Positions 34,809 to 44,143 of a stretch of 64,000 nucleotides of DNA are shown in pieces. A model generated the notes under the pieces. It was not told where the DNA came from. It was given only the letters and a program-made list of their open reading frames with translations, and ran no database searches. Made by a program: the position numbers and the translations under genes. This DNA comes from an uncultured Stomatobaculum sp. (lineage in GTDB: Bacteria > Bacillota > Clostridia > Lachnospirales > Lachnospiraceae), in assembly GCA_937924975.1 (NCBI GenBank), contig CALEYG010000022.1, forward strand, positions 11-64,010, read 5' to 3'. The stretch's first letter is position 1; each line of letters opens with the position of its first letter.

Positions 34809-35529
34809 AGTCCTCCGCCTTCCCGTCAAAATTGATCTTTCCGTCCTGAATCCGCACGACGCGCTTCGCCTGCACCGCAATCGAATTGTCGTGCGTGATC
34901 ATGACGATGGTATTGCCCTCTTTGTGCAGCTCCTTGAAAAAGTCGAGAATCTGACGACTGGTCTTCGAGTCAAGCGCACCGGTCGGCTCGTCGGCGAGCA
35001 AAAGAGACGGATTTCCGGCGAGCGCTCTCGCAATCGAGACGCGTTGCTGCTGACCGCCCGAGAGCTGGTTCGGCATGTTTCGCGCCTTGTCGCCGAGCCC
35101 CACGCGCTCCAGCTGCTGCAGGGCGCGCTCTTCTCGCTTGTCGCCCGGCACATGCGCGTAGAGGAGCGGGAGCTCCACATTCTCGAGGAGGTTTAACTTG
35201 GGCAGCAGGTTGTACTGCTGAAAGATGAAGCCTATCATACGGTTCCGGATATCCGCGAGCTCGTTCTGCGTCATGTCGCCGACATCCTCCCCGCCGAGCA
35301 GGTAGGTGCCGGAAGTCGGCACATCCAGCGCGCCGATGATATTCATGAGTGTGGACTTGCCCGAGCCGGACTTGCCGACAATCGCGACAAATTCGCCCAT
35401 CCGTATCGTGAGGTTTAAGTGGTCGTTTGCGTGCACGACCTCATCGCCCATCACATAGGTCTTGCAGATGTCCTTCATCTCAATCAGAACTTCGCCCTGG
35501 GGGATGTGGACCGTCTTAATTCTGCCCAT
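34792..35529 (-). CDS. ABC transporter ATP-binding protein (MacB/LolD-type)
   Basis: Walker A 'GKSGSGKST', signature 'LSGGQQQRV', Walker B 'LLLADEPTGALD'. I chose ATG 35529 (14-nt overlap with the upstream stop). Confidence 0.9.
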   Translation of the reverse strand: MGRIKTVHIPQGEVLIEMKDICKTYVMGDEVVHANDHLNLTIRMGEFVAIVGKSGSGKSTLMNIIGALDVPTSGTYLLGGEDVGDMTQNELADIRNRMIGFIFQQYNLLPKLNLLENVELPLLYAHVPGDKREERALQQLERVGLGDKARNMPNQLSGGQQQRVSIARALAGNPSLLLADEPTGALDSKTSRQILDFFKELHKEGNTIVMITHDNSIAVQAKRVVRIQDGKINFDGKAEDYAAII

Positions 35530-37282
35530 TCGCGTCACCGCCCTGCGCTTCGCCGCCTGCCGTGTCGCCGTTCGCTTCACCGCCGCTTCCGCCGGCCTCG
35601 CCCTCCGCGCTCTGTCCGCCGTTCATGTACATACTCATGCTGTCACTCGTGTCCGGTGCCTTGGGCTGCACATAGACTTCATCGCCCGCCTTGATATTGT
35701 CCGAAGTGATCTGCACCTTGTCGCCGTTGATGAGACCGGTCTCGACCGTGACCGCGCGGAAGCCCGCCGGGACCTCGCCCTTGGCCTCGGTGACCGAGTC
35801 GTCCTTCACATAGACCTGGTTGTTCCGCATCAGCGCATCCGCCGGAATGCAGAGCGCGCCCGAAGCCGAACCGATCACAATCTTCGCGTTGATATTCATG
35901 CCCGGCAGGAGTTTCTCGGTGTTGTCGAGCGTGACCGTCACCGGATAGGTCGAGACACCGCCCTGGGAGCTGCCCTCGAGGCTGATATTCGTGACCGTGC
36001 CACCGAAGGTCTCGCCCGGAATTGCATCCGCCGTGATTTCGACGCGCTGTCCCACCTGAATTTTCGAGATATCCGTCTCGTCAATCGCCATCTTAAATGT
36101 GTAGGCGCTCATGTCATAGATGGTCGCGAGCGTCGTCGCGGACTTCGTGCCGCTCATGCCCGCGCCGCCGAGCTTATCGCCCACCTTATAGCTCTTTGTG
36201 ATGACTTCGCCGTCAATCGGGGATTTAATCGTGTAGTTGTCGAGCGTCTCCTTGGCGCTGTCCACGCCCTTCTGCGCGCCTTCGACACCGCTCTGCGCGC
36301 TGTCGACCTTGTCCGAATAGGTTTCGAGCATGTCCTTCACGGACTTCGGTGTCATCGTGAAAATCGGCGTCCCGGGCTGAATGTAATCGCCGACATGCAC
36401 CAGAATCTTCACGCTGTCCGCCGCGCCCGGCAGATCCGCCGCCATATTGGTCGTGTAGTGCGCCTCAAACTTTCCCTCTTCGACGCAGCGGAAGCCGTTG
36501 ATCGTCGCGCTGACCGAGGTGTTGCTCGTCAGACCGCCCGGGTTCTTCAGGGAAATTGTCACATCTTTCACAAGGCGGCCGCCCGTCAGGGTTCTCTCCT
36601 GCGCGCCGACCGCGACCACCGTGCCCTCGACCTGCTCCTGCGTGTCCGAGAGCGTCAAGGTCGCCGGGGCGCCGGCCTGAATCAGATCCGCCTCGCCCGA
36701 GAGAAACGGAATGCGCACATTCATGCTCGTTTCATCGGTCAGGTCGACGAGCGTCGCGCCGCCCGAAATTTTTTCGCCGTCCGTCACATAGACCTTGGTC
36801 ACATAGCCCGCGCGGGTCGCCTTATAGACCCCGTCGCCGTACTTGCTCTGCGCGTCCTGTAAGTCCGCCGTCGCCGAGGCGAGGCTCTTCTGTGCCCGCG
36901 CGAGTGCGCTCTCCGCGCTCTTCATCTCCGAGGCCGCGAGCTTGTCATCGATCCGGTAGAGAACCTGATCCTTCGCGACATGGTCACCGACCTCAAAATT
37001 CGCCTCGGTGATGGTGCCGCTCTGCACGAGCGCGGTGATCGAATAGGTGTCCTTTGCGGAAATGGTGCCGGTCGAGGAAATCTTCTGAGTGATGTCCTCG
37101 ACGGTCGCCTTGCCGGTGTCCACCGCCATGCTTGCCGCCGCCGCTTTTTTGGCCGCCGCCATGCGGCTGTGCACAAAGGCACCACCGAGCCCGAGAACCG
37201 CGAGCGCGATGACCGCGCGCCGGATGTTCCGCTTTGCCCCTCTGCTGAGCCCTTTCTTCTTCGGCTTTACTTCTTCTGCCAC
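35516..37282 (-). CDS. Periplasmic-adaptor / membrane-fusion protein (HlyD/MacA family), unusually long
   Basis: N-terminal TM anchor, coiled-coil hairpin ('AASEMKSAESALARAQKSLASATADLQDAQ') and beta-barrel-like repeats. Gly/Glu-rich C-terminal tail. GTG start with an AAGGGGG RBS. Confidence 0.75.
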   Translation of the reverse strand: MAEEVKPKKKGLSRGAKRNIRRAVIALAVLGLGGAFVHSRMAAAKKAAAASMAVDTGKATVEDITQKISSTGTISAKDTYSITALVQSGTITEANFEVGDHVAKDQVLYRIDDKLAASEMKSAESALARAQKSLASATADLQDAQSKYGDGVYKATRAGYVTKVYVTDGEKISGGATLVDLTDETSMNVRIPFLSGEADLIQAGAPATLTLSDTQEQVEGTVVAVGAQERTLTGGRLVKDVTISLKNPGGLTSNTSVSATINGFRCVEEGKFEAHYTTNMAADLPGAADSVKILVHVGDYIQPGTPIFTMTPKSVKDMLETYSDKVDSAQSGVEGAQKGVDSAKETLDNYTIKSPIDGEVITKSYKVGDKLGGAGMSGTKSATTLATIYDMSAYTFKMAIDETDISKIQVGQRVEITADAIPGETFGGTVTNISLEGSSQGGVSTYPVTVTLDNTEKLLPGMNINAKIVIGSASGALCIPADALMRNNQVYVKDDSVTEAKGEVPAGFRAVTVETGLINGDKVQITSDNIKAGDEVYVQPKAPDTSDSMSMYMNGGQSAEGEAGGSGGEANGDTAGGEAQGGDANGQN

Positions 37283-37300
37283 TGCCTGCCCCCTTTCCGC

Positions 37301-38419
37301 TTACGGCTCCACATAGTCCACGACGCTGAAGCTCTGGCTCGCCTCACCGTCTTCGGTCGCCGCGCCGCTTCCCGCAACCTGGTAAATCAATACGACATGA
37401 TCGCCGACCTTCACGCTGCCGTAGACCGAAAACACAAACTGCATCTCGGTCGAATTGAGCTGATAGACATTGCCGTCGTCCAGCTTGACCGCGCTCGGCG
37501 TGAGCGTGTTCGTGTTCTGATAGTAGATGGCCTCGACCACGCCGCGCGCCACGCGCTTGTCGGCGTCGGAATCGGTGTCCGCATTGTAGGCCCAGACCGT
37601 CTTGGTCTGCGAGCTGTAGTAGATGACCGCATACTGCGCGGCCGCCGCGTAGAGCGCTTCTTTCTGCACCTCTCTGCCGTTCATGAAGATGGTCGCATCG
37701 TCCAGGCGGAAGGGGATGATGTTGTCGACCTGGGTGCGGCTCTCCGCGACCTTCGGGCCGCGCGTCGTATTGTCCGCCATCTTGAGCGCGTTCACCTCGC
37801 CGTTCGAATCGACCTCGGCATTCAAAACGCCCGCATAGACCGTGCCGCTCTTCTGCTTTGCCTTCAGGAGGTTATAAAAGAGATTCACACAGTCCGCCTT
37901 CGTGAGTTCGGTCTGCGGGTCGCTGTAGCCGATGTTTTCGTTTAAGTCGGAATTCGCATACTGCGCCATGCGCTTGTTGAACTGATCGCCCGCAAAATCA
38001 TCCGCCGTGTAACCAAGGAGCCCCAGCACGCCCTTTGCCGCCTCGTTTAAGCGCACGGGTTCGGACGGCTTAAACTTGCCGCCGAGATAGCCGGTCATCC
38101 AGCCCTGCTCCGCCGCAAGCCGAATCGAAGCCGCATATTCATCGCCCGACTTCACATCCGCGAAGACGGAGACATTGCTGGTCTTCGTGAGCACACTGCG
38201 ATACGCGGAGGCTCTGACCAACATCTGCGCGAACTGTGCGCGCGTCACCTTTTCGGACATGCCGCCGGTGGTCGGCATAATGCCCGAGAGCGCTATGACC
38301 TGACGGCGATACGCAAAGTTACTGCTTGTATTTGCATAGGCGCTGAGCGGAGAGGCCACGGTGCTCACCACCGCGACCGCACTCAGTAGGCATGCAAGGG
38401 ATTTTCTTCCACGAATCAT
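37301..38419 (-). CDS. Secreted SLH-domain protein
   Basis: Signal peptide 'LLSAVAVVSTVASPLSAYA'. SLH-like repeats ('VTRAQFAQMLVRA', 'FADVKSGDEYAASIRLAAEQGWMTGYLGGKFKPSEPVRLNEA'). Confidence 0.75.
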   Translation of the reverse strand: MIRGRKSLACLLSAVAVVSTVASPLSAYANTSSNFAYRRQVIALSGIMPTTGGMSEKVTRAQFAQMLVRASAYRSVLTKTSNVSVFADVKSGDEYAASIRLAAEQGWMTGYLGGKFKPSEPVRLNEAAKGVLGLLGYTADDFAGDQFNKRMAQYANSDLNENIGYSDPQTELTKADCVNLFYNLLKAKQKSGTVYAGVLNAEVDSNGEVNALKMADNTTRGPKVAESRTQVDNIIPFRLDDATIFMNGREVQKEALYAAAAQYAVIYYSSQTKTVWAYNADTDSDADKRVARGVVEAIYYQNTNTLTPSAVKLDDGNVYQLNSTEMQFVFSVYGSVKVGDHVVLIYQVAGSGAATEDGEASQSFSVVDYVEP

Positions 38420-38566
38420 TCCGGTACCTCGCTTTGCTGTATGAATCTGTTATAACGAAGCCATTTTACCATAAATAACCGGCAACCATTACAAACGGTC
38501 CTCGAAAGTCCGTAAACTTTTCGTGAACTCACCGCACACCGTTATGCGAAATAGCTTACTATCCGC

Positions 38567-38595
38567 ATAATACACCGTTACTCTATCTCTGTCAA
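38567..38595 (-). promoter_or_regulatory. Sigma-A-type promoter of the SLH/efflux operon (TTGACA-17-TATTAT)
   Basis: Minus strand: TTGACA (38595-38590), a 17-nt spacer, then TATTAT (38572-38567). This implies a ~140-nt 5' UTR. Motif-only call. Confidence 0.55.
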
Positions 38596-38603
38596 CTTAC
38601 TTT

Positions 38604-38645
38604 CCGACAAAAGAAGAGCGGCCCGCCGAAGCGATGCCGCCCTCT
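38604..38645 (-). terminator. Probable intrinsic terminator after tpiA (imperfect GC-rich hairpin + U-rich tail)
   Basis: Minus strand AGAGGGCGGCAUCGCUUCGGCGGGCCGCUCU followed by UCUUUUGUC. The stem has bulges. Confidence 0.45.
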
Positions 38646-38666
38646 GTATGAAGCCCACCAAAAGGC

Positions 38667-39419
38667 TCAGAGTGCCTTGTAGTTTACGATTTTTCCGAAT
38701 TCCGGCTTTAAGGACGCGCCGCCGATCAGGCCGCCGTCGATGTCCGGCTCCGCAAGCAGCTCCTTGCAGTTCTTCTCGTTCATCGAACCGCCGTACTGAA
38801 TGCGGATTTCCTCGGCAATCGCCTCGCCGTAGAGCTCCTTCACGGTCTCGCGGATGCCGCGGCACACTTCCTCGGCCTGTGCGACGGTTGCGGTCTTACC
38901 GGTGCCGATCGCCCAAATCGGCTCATAGGCAATCGTGACTTTCGCCGCATCCGAAGCGCTGACGCCCTGAAACGCGAGCTTTAACTGCATCCGGATGAAG
39001 TCCATCGTGACGCCCGCCTCGCGCTGCGCAAGGCTCTCGCCGCAGCAGAGAATCGGTTTAAACTGGTGCTCGAGAAGCTTTAAGAGTTTCTTGTTGATGA
39101 TCTCATCGGTCTCATGGAAATACTCTCTCCGCTCGGAGTGGCCGATGATCACATACTCGACGCCCGCGTCCTTTAACATCGCCGGGGAAGTCTCACCGGT
39201 GAAGGCGCCCTTCTCCTCGAAGTAGACATTCTCCGCGCCGAGATGCACGGCCGTGCCCGCAATCACTTCCTTGACCGGGAAGATATCGATAAACGGCACG
39301 CAGTAAACTACGTCGACCTCCGGGTTCTTGACGAGCGGCGCCAGCGTGGTCGCCAGTGCCTTCGCCTCGGTCGGCGTCATGTTCATCTTCCAGTTGCCCG
39401 CAATAATCTTTCTTCTCAT
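38667..39419 (-). CDS. tpiA: Triosephosphate isomerase
   Basis: 'IAGNWKMN', 'IIGHSERR', '[12 protein letters not shown]'. Confidence 0.95.
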   Translation of the reverse strand: MRRKIIAGNWKMNMTPTEAKALATTLAPLVKNPEVDVVYCVPFIDIFPVKEVIAGTAVHLGAENVYFEEKGAFTGETSPAMLKDAGVEYVIIGHSERREYFHETDEIINKKLLKLLEHQFKPILCCGESLAQREAGVTMDFIRMQLKLAFQGVSASDAAKVTIAYEPIWAIGTGKTATVAQAEEVCRGIRETVKELYGEAIAEEIRIQYGGSMNEKNCKELLAEPDIDGGLIGGASLKPEFGKIVNYKAL

Positions 39420-39430
39420 CTCTCGCTCCT

Positions 39431-40648
39431 TCAGTCCTTGTTATCCGCCGCCGCAACACCCGGGAGCTCCTTGCCCTCGAGGAACTCGAGCGAAGCGCCG
39501 CCGCCGGTCGAGATGTGCGTCATGCGATCCGCGAAGCCGAGGCGCTTCACCGCGTTCACGGAGTCGCCGCCGCCGACCACAGTCGTCGCATCTTTCAGCT
39601 CTGCGACTGCCTTGCAGATTGCCAGCGTGCCCGCCGCAAACGCCTCAAACTCGAAGACGCCCATCGGGCCGTTCCAGACCACGGTCTTTGCGCCCTGCAG
39701 CGCCTCGGTGAAGCGCGCAATGCTCTTCGGTCCGATGTCGAGGCCCATGTAGCCCTCCGGAATCTCATCGACCACCTTGTGCGGTGCATCGGCCGCAAAC
39801 TTCTCCGCCGCAACATGGTCCACCGGGAGTAAAAGCTTCACGCCCTTCTCCTCCGCCTTCTTCAGCATGTCGAGGCAGTACGAGAGCTTATCCTCCTCGC
39901 AGAGCGAGTTGCCGATGCTCTGTCCCTCTGCCTTTAAGAAGGTATACGCCATGCCGCCGCCGATGATCAGCGTATCCACCTTGTCGAGCAGGTTGTTAAT
40001 GACATTCAGCTTATCCGAGACCTTTGCGCCGCCGAGAATCGCGACAAAGGGGCGCACCGGGTTCTCGACCGCCTGGCCGAGGAAGCGGATCTCCTTCTCC
40101 ATGAGGTAGCCGACCACATTCTCCTTGCAGTGCTTCGTGACGCCGACATTCGAGCAGTGCGCGCGGTGCGCGGTGCCGAACGCGTCATCGACAAAAATGC
40201 CGTTGTCGCAGAGCGCCGCGAGCTCTTCCGCGTACTTCTCGGCCGCCTCGTCCTTGCCGTACTTGGTCTCCTCGCCGCGGTAGCGCGTATTCTCAAGGAG
40301 CAGCACCTCGCCGTCCTTTAAGTCCGCAGCCGCTTTCCGGGTCTCTTCGCCGGTCACCTGCGGGTCCGAGATAAACTTGACCGGAACACCGAGGCGCTCG
40401 GAAAGTGCCGGTGCGACCGGAGCGAGACTCATCTCCGGCAGCGGCTCACCCTTCGGCTTGCCGAGGTGGGAGCAGAGAATCACCTTTGCGCCCTGGTCGA
40501 GGAGCTTCTTGATGGTCGGCAGCGCGCCGTCGATGCGGTTATAGTTCTGAATCACGCCGTCCTTCAGCGGAACGTTGAAGTCGCAGCGCACCAGTACCTT
40601 TTTGCCCTTTAAGTCTTTGAGATCGTCTACGGTCTTCTTGTTTAACAT
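39431..40648 (-). CDS. pgk: Phosphoglycerate kinase
   Basis: '[14 protein letters not shown]' and '[19 protein letters not shown]'. Confidence 0.95.
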   Translation of the reverse strand: MLNKKTVDDLKDLKGKKVLVRCDFNVPLKDGVIQNYNRIDGALPTIKKLLDQGAKVILCSHLGKPKGEPLPEMSLAPVAPALSERLGVPVKFISDPQVTGEETRKAAADLKDGEVLLLENTRYRGEETKYGKDEAAEKYAEELAALCDNGIFVDDAFGTAHRAHCSNVGVTKHCKENVVGYLMEKEIRFLGQAVENPVRPFVAILGGAKVSDKLNVINNLLDKVDTLIIGGGMAYTFLKAEGQSIGNSLCEEDKLSYCLDMLKKAEEKGVKLLLPVDHVAAEKFAADAPHKVVDEIPEGYMGLDIGPKSIARFTEALQGAKTVVWNGPMGVFEFEAFAAGTLAICKAVAELKDATTVVGGGDSVNAVKRLGFADRMTHISTGGGASLEFLEGKELPGVAAADNKD

Positions 40649-40668
40649 GCTTGTCCTCCGTCTTTGTC

Positions 40669-40704
40669 ATAAAAAAGCGGGCCCGGTCCAAAGACCGGAC
40701 CCGC
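40669..40704 (-). terminator. Intrinsic terminator between gap and pgk
   Basis: Minus strand GCGGGUCCGGUC-uuug-GACCGGGCCCGC followed by UUUUUUAU. It lies 27 nt after the gap stop. Confidence 0.75.
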
Positions 40705-40730
40705 GAGAGTCGCCTTGCAAAAGCAGATGC

Positions 40731-41756
40731 TTACAGCTCTGCGAAGTACTTGATCGTGCGAACCATCTGGCTCGTGTAGGAGTTCTCGTTGTCGTACCAG
40801 GAGACCACCTGCACCTGATAGCAGCCGTCCGCGATCTTGCTGACCATGGTCTGGGTCGCATCGAAGAGGGAGCCGTAGCGCATGCCGATCACATCGGAGG
40901 AGACAATCTCGTCCGTGTTGTAGCCGAAGGACTCGTTTGCCGCTGCCTTCATCGCTGCGTTAATCTCTTCCTTCGTGACCTCATCCTTCGCGACAACCGC
41001 GACCAGGATGGTCGTGGAACCGGTCGTGACCGGGACACGCTGTGCGGAACCGATGAGCTTGCCGTTCAGCTCCGGGATGACCAGGCCGATCGCCTTCGCG
41101 GCACCGGTGGAGTTCGGGACAATGTTCGCAGCGCCGGCTCTCGATCTTCTGAGATCGCCCTTTCTCTGCGGGCCGTCGAGAATCATCTGATCGCCGGTAT
41201 AAGCGTGAATGGTGCTCATGATGCCGGACTGAATCGGCGCGTAGTCGTTCAGTGCCTTTGCCATCGGTGCGAGGCAGTTCGTCGTGCAGGAAGCTGCGGA
41301 AATAATCTTGTCTTCCTTGGTCAGCGTCTTCTCGTTGACGTTGAACACGATGGTCGGCAGATCGTTGCCTGCCGGTGCCGAGATGACAACCTTCTTTGCG
41401 CCTGCCTCGAGGTGAGCCGAAGCCTTCTCCTTCGAGGTATAGAAACCGGTGCACTCCAGGACAACATCGACATCCAGAGCCTTCCACGGAAGGTTCTTTG
41501 CGTCCGCTTCCTTGTAAATCGTAATCTTCTTGCCGTCGACGGTGATGGAATCCTCACCTGCCTCGACCGTGTGCTTGCCCTCGCCGATCTTGCCGAGGAA
41601 GCTACCCTGCGAAGTGTCGTACTTCAGAAGATGTGCGAGCATCTCCGGCTTCGTGAGGTCGTTGATCGCAACGACTTCATAGCCCTCGGTCTCAAACATC
41701 TGACGGAACGCAAGACGTCCGATGCGTCCAAATCCGTTAATCGCAACTTTAACCAT
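40731..41756 (-). CDS. gap: Glyceraldehyde-3-phosphate dehydrogenase (type I)
   Basis: '[11 protein letters not shown]' and '[11 protein letters not shown]'. Confidence 0.95.
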   Translation of the reverse strand: MVKVAINGFGRIGRLAFRQMFETEGYEVVAINDLTKPEMLAHLLKYDTSQGSFLGKIGEGKHTVEAGEDSITVDGKKITIYKEADAKNLPWKALDVDVVLECTGFYTSKEKASAHLEAGAKKVVISAPAGNDLPTIVFNVNEKTLTKEDKIISAASCTTNCLAPMAKALNDYAPIQSGIMSTIHAYTGDQMILDGPQRKGDLRRSRAGAANIVPNSTGAAKAIGLVIPELNGKLIGSAQRVPVTTGSTTILVAVVAKDEVTKEEINAAMKAAANESFGYNTDEIVSSDVIGMRYGSLFDATQTMVSKIADGCYQVQVVSWYDNENSYTSQMVRTIKYFAEL

Positions 41757-41806
41757 GGCTTTTCTCCTCCTGTATCTGCTGCGGAAATGAATTATCTTTC
41801 TATTTC

Positions 41807-41835
41807 ATTCTAACCGTGTGCCTGCAAAAATGCAA
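41807..41835 (-). promoter_or_regulatory. Candidate gap promoter (TTGCAT-17-TAGAAT)
   Basis: Minus strand: TTGCAT (41835-41830), a 17-nt spacer, then TAGAAT (41812-41807), ~50 nt upstream of the gap ATG. Motif-only call. Confidence 0.45.
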
Positions 41836-41855
41836 GAAAGGAAATCTCGCTTTCT

Positions 41856-44123
41856 TTAACTGTGCATCCACCAGTCCTGGCTGCTCACATAGTTATAATA
41901 GCGCTGAATCGGCGTGATTCTGCCGTTTCGGATTTCAAAGATTTCCCAGACTACGCCCGGCCGGTTGGTCGGCACATGGTAGGTCGCCGCGAGGCCCTGA
42001 TCTGTGTAGACCTGCACGGTCGCGCCCGAGTTCGAAAGTTCATAGCTCTGCGTATTTTCCCGCACGCCGTTCGTGAAATCAAAGACACAGTACTTGTAGT
42101 AGTCCTGCGCGGAGAACTGCTTGATGGTCACGGTCTCCGGCCCGTAGGAACTCGTGTCGTCGACATCGAGGTCGTTGCCGAACGCGTCCTCCTTGCTGCC
42201 GAACCAGACATGCGAGGTCTCGGTGCCGCGCTGCGTAAAGAGGTGAGAGTCAAGATCCGATGGCACCGCGCCCCAGGTCAGGACAATCGACACCTGTCCC
42301 GAACCGACCGTCGGCGCCGCAAAGAACTCCCGCTCGGTCTCGCCGTTTTGCCGCGCGACCAGCGTGTCGTAGACCGTCTCGTAGCCGCTCGCAATCAGCT
42401 CGACCGTGTAGACGCCCGGCTTCAGCTGTACATCCGCCTCGCCGGACTCATCGGCCTTTGCGGTCGCGACAATGGTACCCGTGCGGTTATTGATGCCTTC
42501 GCGCAGATTGATCGCCGAGGCGATGACGGTCTGCATGCCGCTCCGGCTCTCGTTGTAGTGGAGCGCATCGCCGAGTTTCAGGCGGTAGTCGATGGTCGCG
42601 CCGCCGCGCTCGAAGAGGTATACCGGTGTCTGGTAGGCGACCAGCTGGTCGCTCTCGACACCGATGCCGTAAATTTCGCAGGCCTGATAGGGCTGCTTTG
42701 CAATTTGCAGCATGTACTGTCTCGCCTCGCTCGGCACATAAATCTGGTACTTGCCGTCCGCATCGGTCTGACTCTCGTAGAGCAGCTTGCCGTCCTCGTT
42801 CCGGTAAAGCCGGACCGCCGCCGCGCCTATGCCGTTGCCCTGCTCGTCGTAGGCATAGCCGCTGATACTCGTCAGGTTCTGCGCGTTCATCACGGTCTCA
42901 TAGGTGTTGTACGCGGCATTCAACATAATCGATTCCCGCTCGTCGAAGGCGCGCCGCATATCGGCACTCTCATTCTGGTAGAGAAAAATCGTGTTGGCGG
43001 GCCAGGACTTCCGGAGCCGCTCAGCCTCCGTCGCATTGGCCGCACAGTTCCACTTGAAGCCGCCGTCCCGGACTTCTCTCCAGGTGAGCAGCGTGTCACT
43101 GCCGAAGAGGAAGCGCTGTCCCGGCTTCTCCGGCACCGCATAGCCCGCGACATAGTTGTCAATGTCGTACTGATAGACAAAGCGCGGCATGCGGTTCGCG
43201 TCGTAGTAGTACTCCGTGACCTGCAAACTCCCGCTGACCAGGTATTCGATTGCGACAATCTTGTTCGCGACACCGTCGTTCGGGTTGATGTAGATGACAT
43301 AGTCAATCCGGTTTCCGGTCGCCGCGTTGATGAGCTGCTTTTGCTCGAGGCGGCAAAGGTTCTTGTTCACATAGCCCGGGCGGTTCTCATAGCCCTCGAG
43401 CGTGTAAAAGACATCCGAATTCCAGCTCTCGCCCGGATTTCTGGTGCCGACCGCGTGGTTGACCGCCGACAGGTCAATGCGCTGGGCAGCCGCCGCCGTG
43501 CTGTTTAGCTCTGCGATTTTTCGCTGCAGGGTGCCGAGCTCGGTATTCTCGGCTGCAAGCACCAGCTTCTCCTCGCGCTTTGCGCCCTCGCTCCCGCTCT
43601 TCGCACTGCTCTCCGCGCTCTCCCTGTCTGCGCCGCTCTCGCCGCTTTCCGCTGTGGCCGCCTTGCCGCTCTCCTGTGTGTCCCGCTTCGCAAACGGGTC
43701 GTTTTGCTTGATTGAACCGCCTCCGGGCCCGAGCCCCGAGCCGATTCGGATGCCGAGAACCACGCCGAGCCCGGCGAGCAGCAGAAAGAGGGGAATCAGA
43801 AGAAGTCCCTTTTTCGACTTCCCGCCCTCTGTCTTCTTTTCTTCCGGCGGCGTTGACGCGGACGGCTTGGGCTGTTCCGCCTTTTTTTGTTCCGTCTTTT
43901 TGGGTTCCGTCTCTTTCCGCTCTGTCAGTTTCTTCTCCGCGCCTTCCGCTGTCGTTGCCTCCGCTTCCGCTCTCGCAGTTGCCGCAGTATCCGTCTGCGC
44001 TGTCGCTGTCGCCGCTTTGGCCCCGGTCTCCTCTGTTTTTTCGGACGACTCGACTTTCATGCCGCAGCTCGTACAAAATTTTGCCCCCGGCTTTAACTTG
44101 CTCCCGCAATACCTGCAATACAT
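41856..44123 (-). CDS. Zinc-ribbon-anchored single-pass membrane protein with CarboxypepD_reg-like beta-sandwiches and a C-terminal YfaP/DUF2135-like domain
   Basis: N-terminal 'CRYCGSKLKPGAKFCTSCG', a K/E/T-rich linker and TM 'LLLIPLFLLLAGLGVVLGI'. Also 'ISGYAYDEQGNGIGAAAVRLY...DADGKYQIYV'. The C-terminal 'LTWGAVPSDLDSHLF...GNDLDVDDTSSYGPETV' resembles the YfaP motif. Confidence 0.7.
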   Translation of the reverse strand: MYCRYCGSKLKPGAKFCTSCGMKVESSEKTEETGAKAATATAQTDTAATARAEAEATTAEGAEKKLTERKETEPKKTEQKKAEQPKPSASTPPEEKKTEGGKSKKGLLLIPLFLLLAGLGVVLGIRIGSGLGPGGGSIKQNDPFAKRDTQESGKAATAESGESGADRESAESSAKSGSEGAKREEKLVLAAENTELGTLQRKIAELNSTAAAAQRIDLSAVNHAVGTRNPGESWNSDVFYTLEGYENRPGYVNKNLCRLEQKQLINAATGNRIDYVIYINPNDGVANKIVAIEYLVSGSLQVTEYYYDANRMPRFVYQYDIDNYVAGYAVPEKPGQRFLFGSDTLLTWREVRDGGFKWNCAANATEAERLRKSWPANTIFLYQNESADMRRAFDERESIMLNAAYNTYETVMNAQNLTSISGYAYDEQGNGIGAAAVRLYRNEDGKLLYESQTDADGKYQIYVPSEARQYMLQIAKQPYQACEIYGIGVESDQLVAYQTPVYLFERGGATIDYRLKLGDALHYNESRSGMQTVIASAINLREGINNRTGTIVATAKADESGEADVQLKPGVYTVELIASGYETVYDTLVARQNGETEREFFAAPTVGSGQVSIVLTWGAVPSDLDSHLFTQRGTETSHVWFGSKEDAFGNDLDVDDTSSYGPETVTIKQFSAQDYYKYCVFDFTNGVRENTQSYELSNSGATVQVYTDQGLAATYHVPTNRPGVVWEIFEIRNGRITPIQRYYNYVSSQDWWMHS

Positions 44124-44143
44124 CTCTTTTCCCCCGCTTTTCT

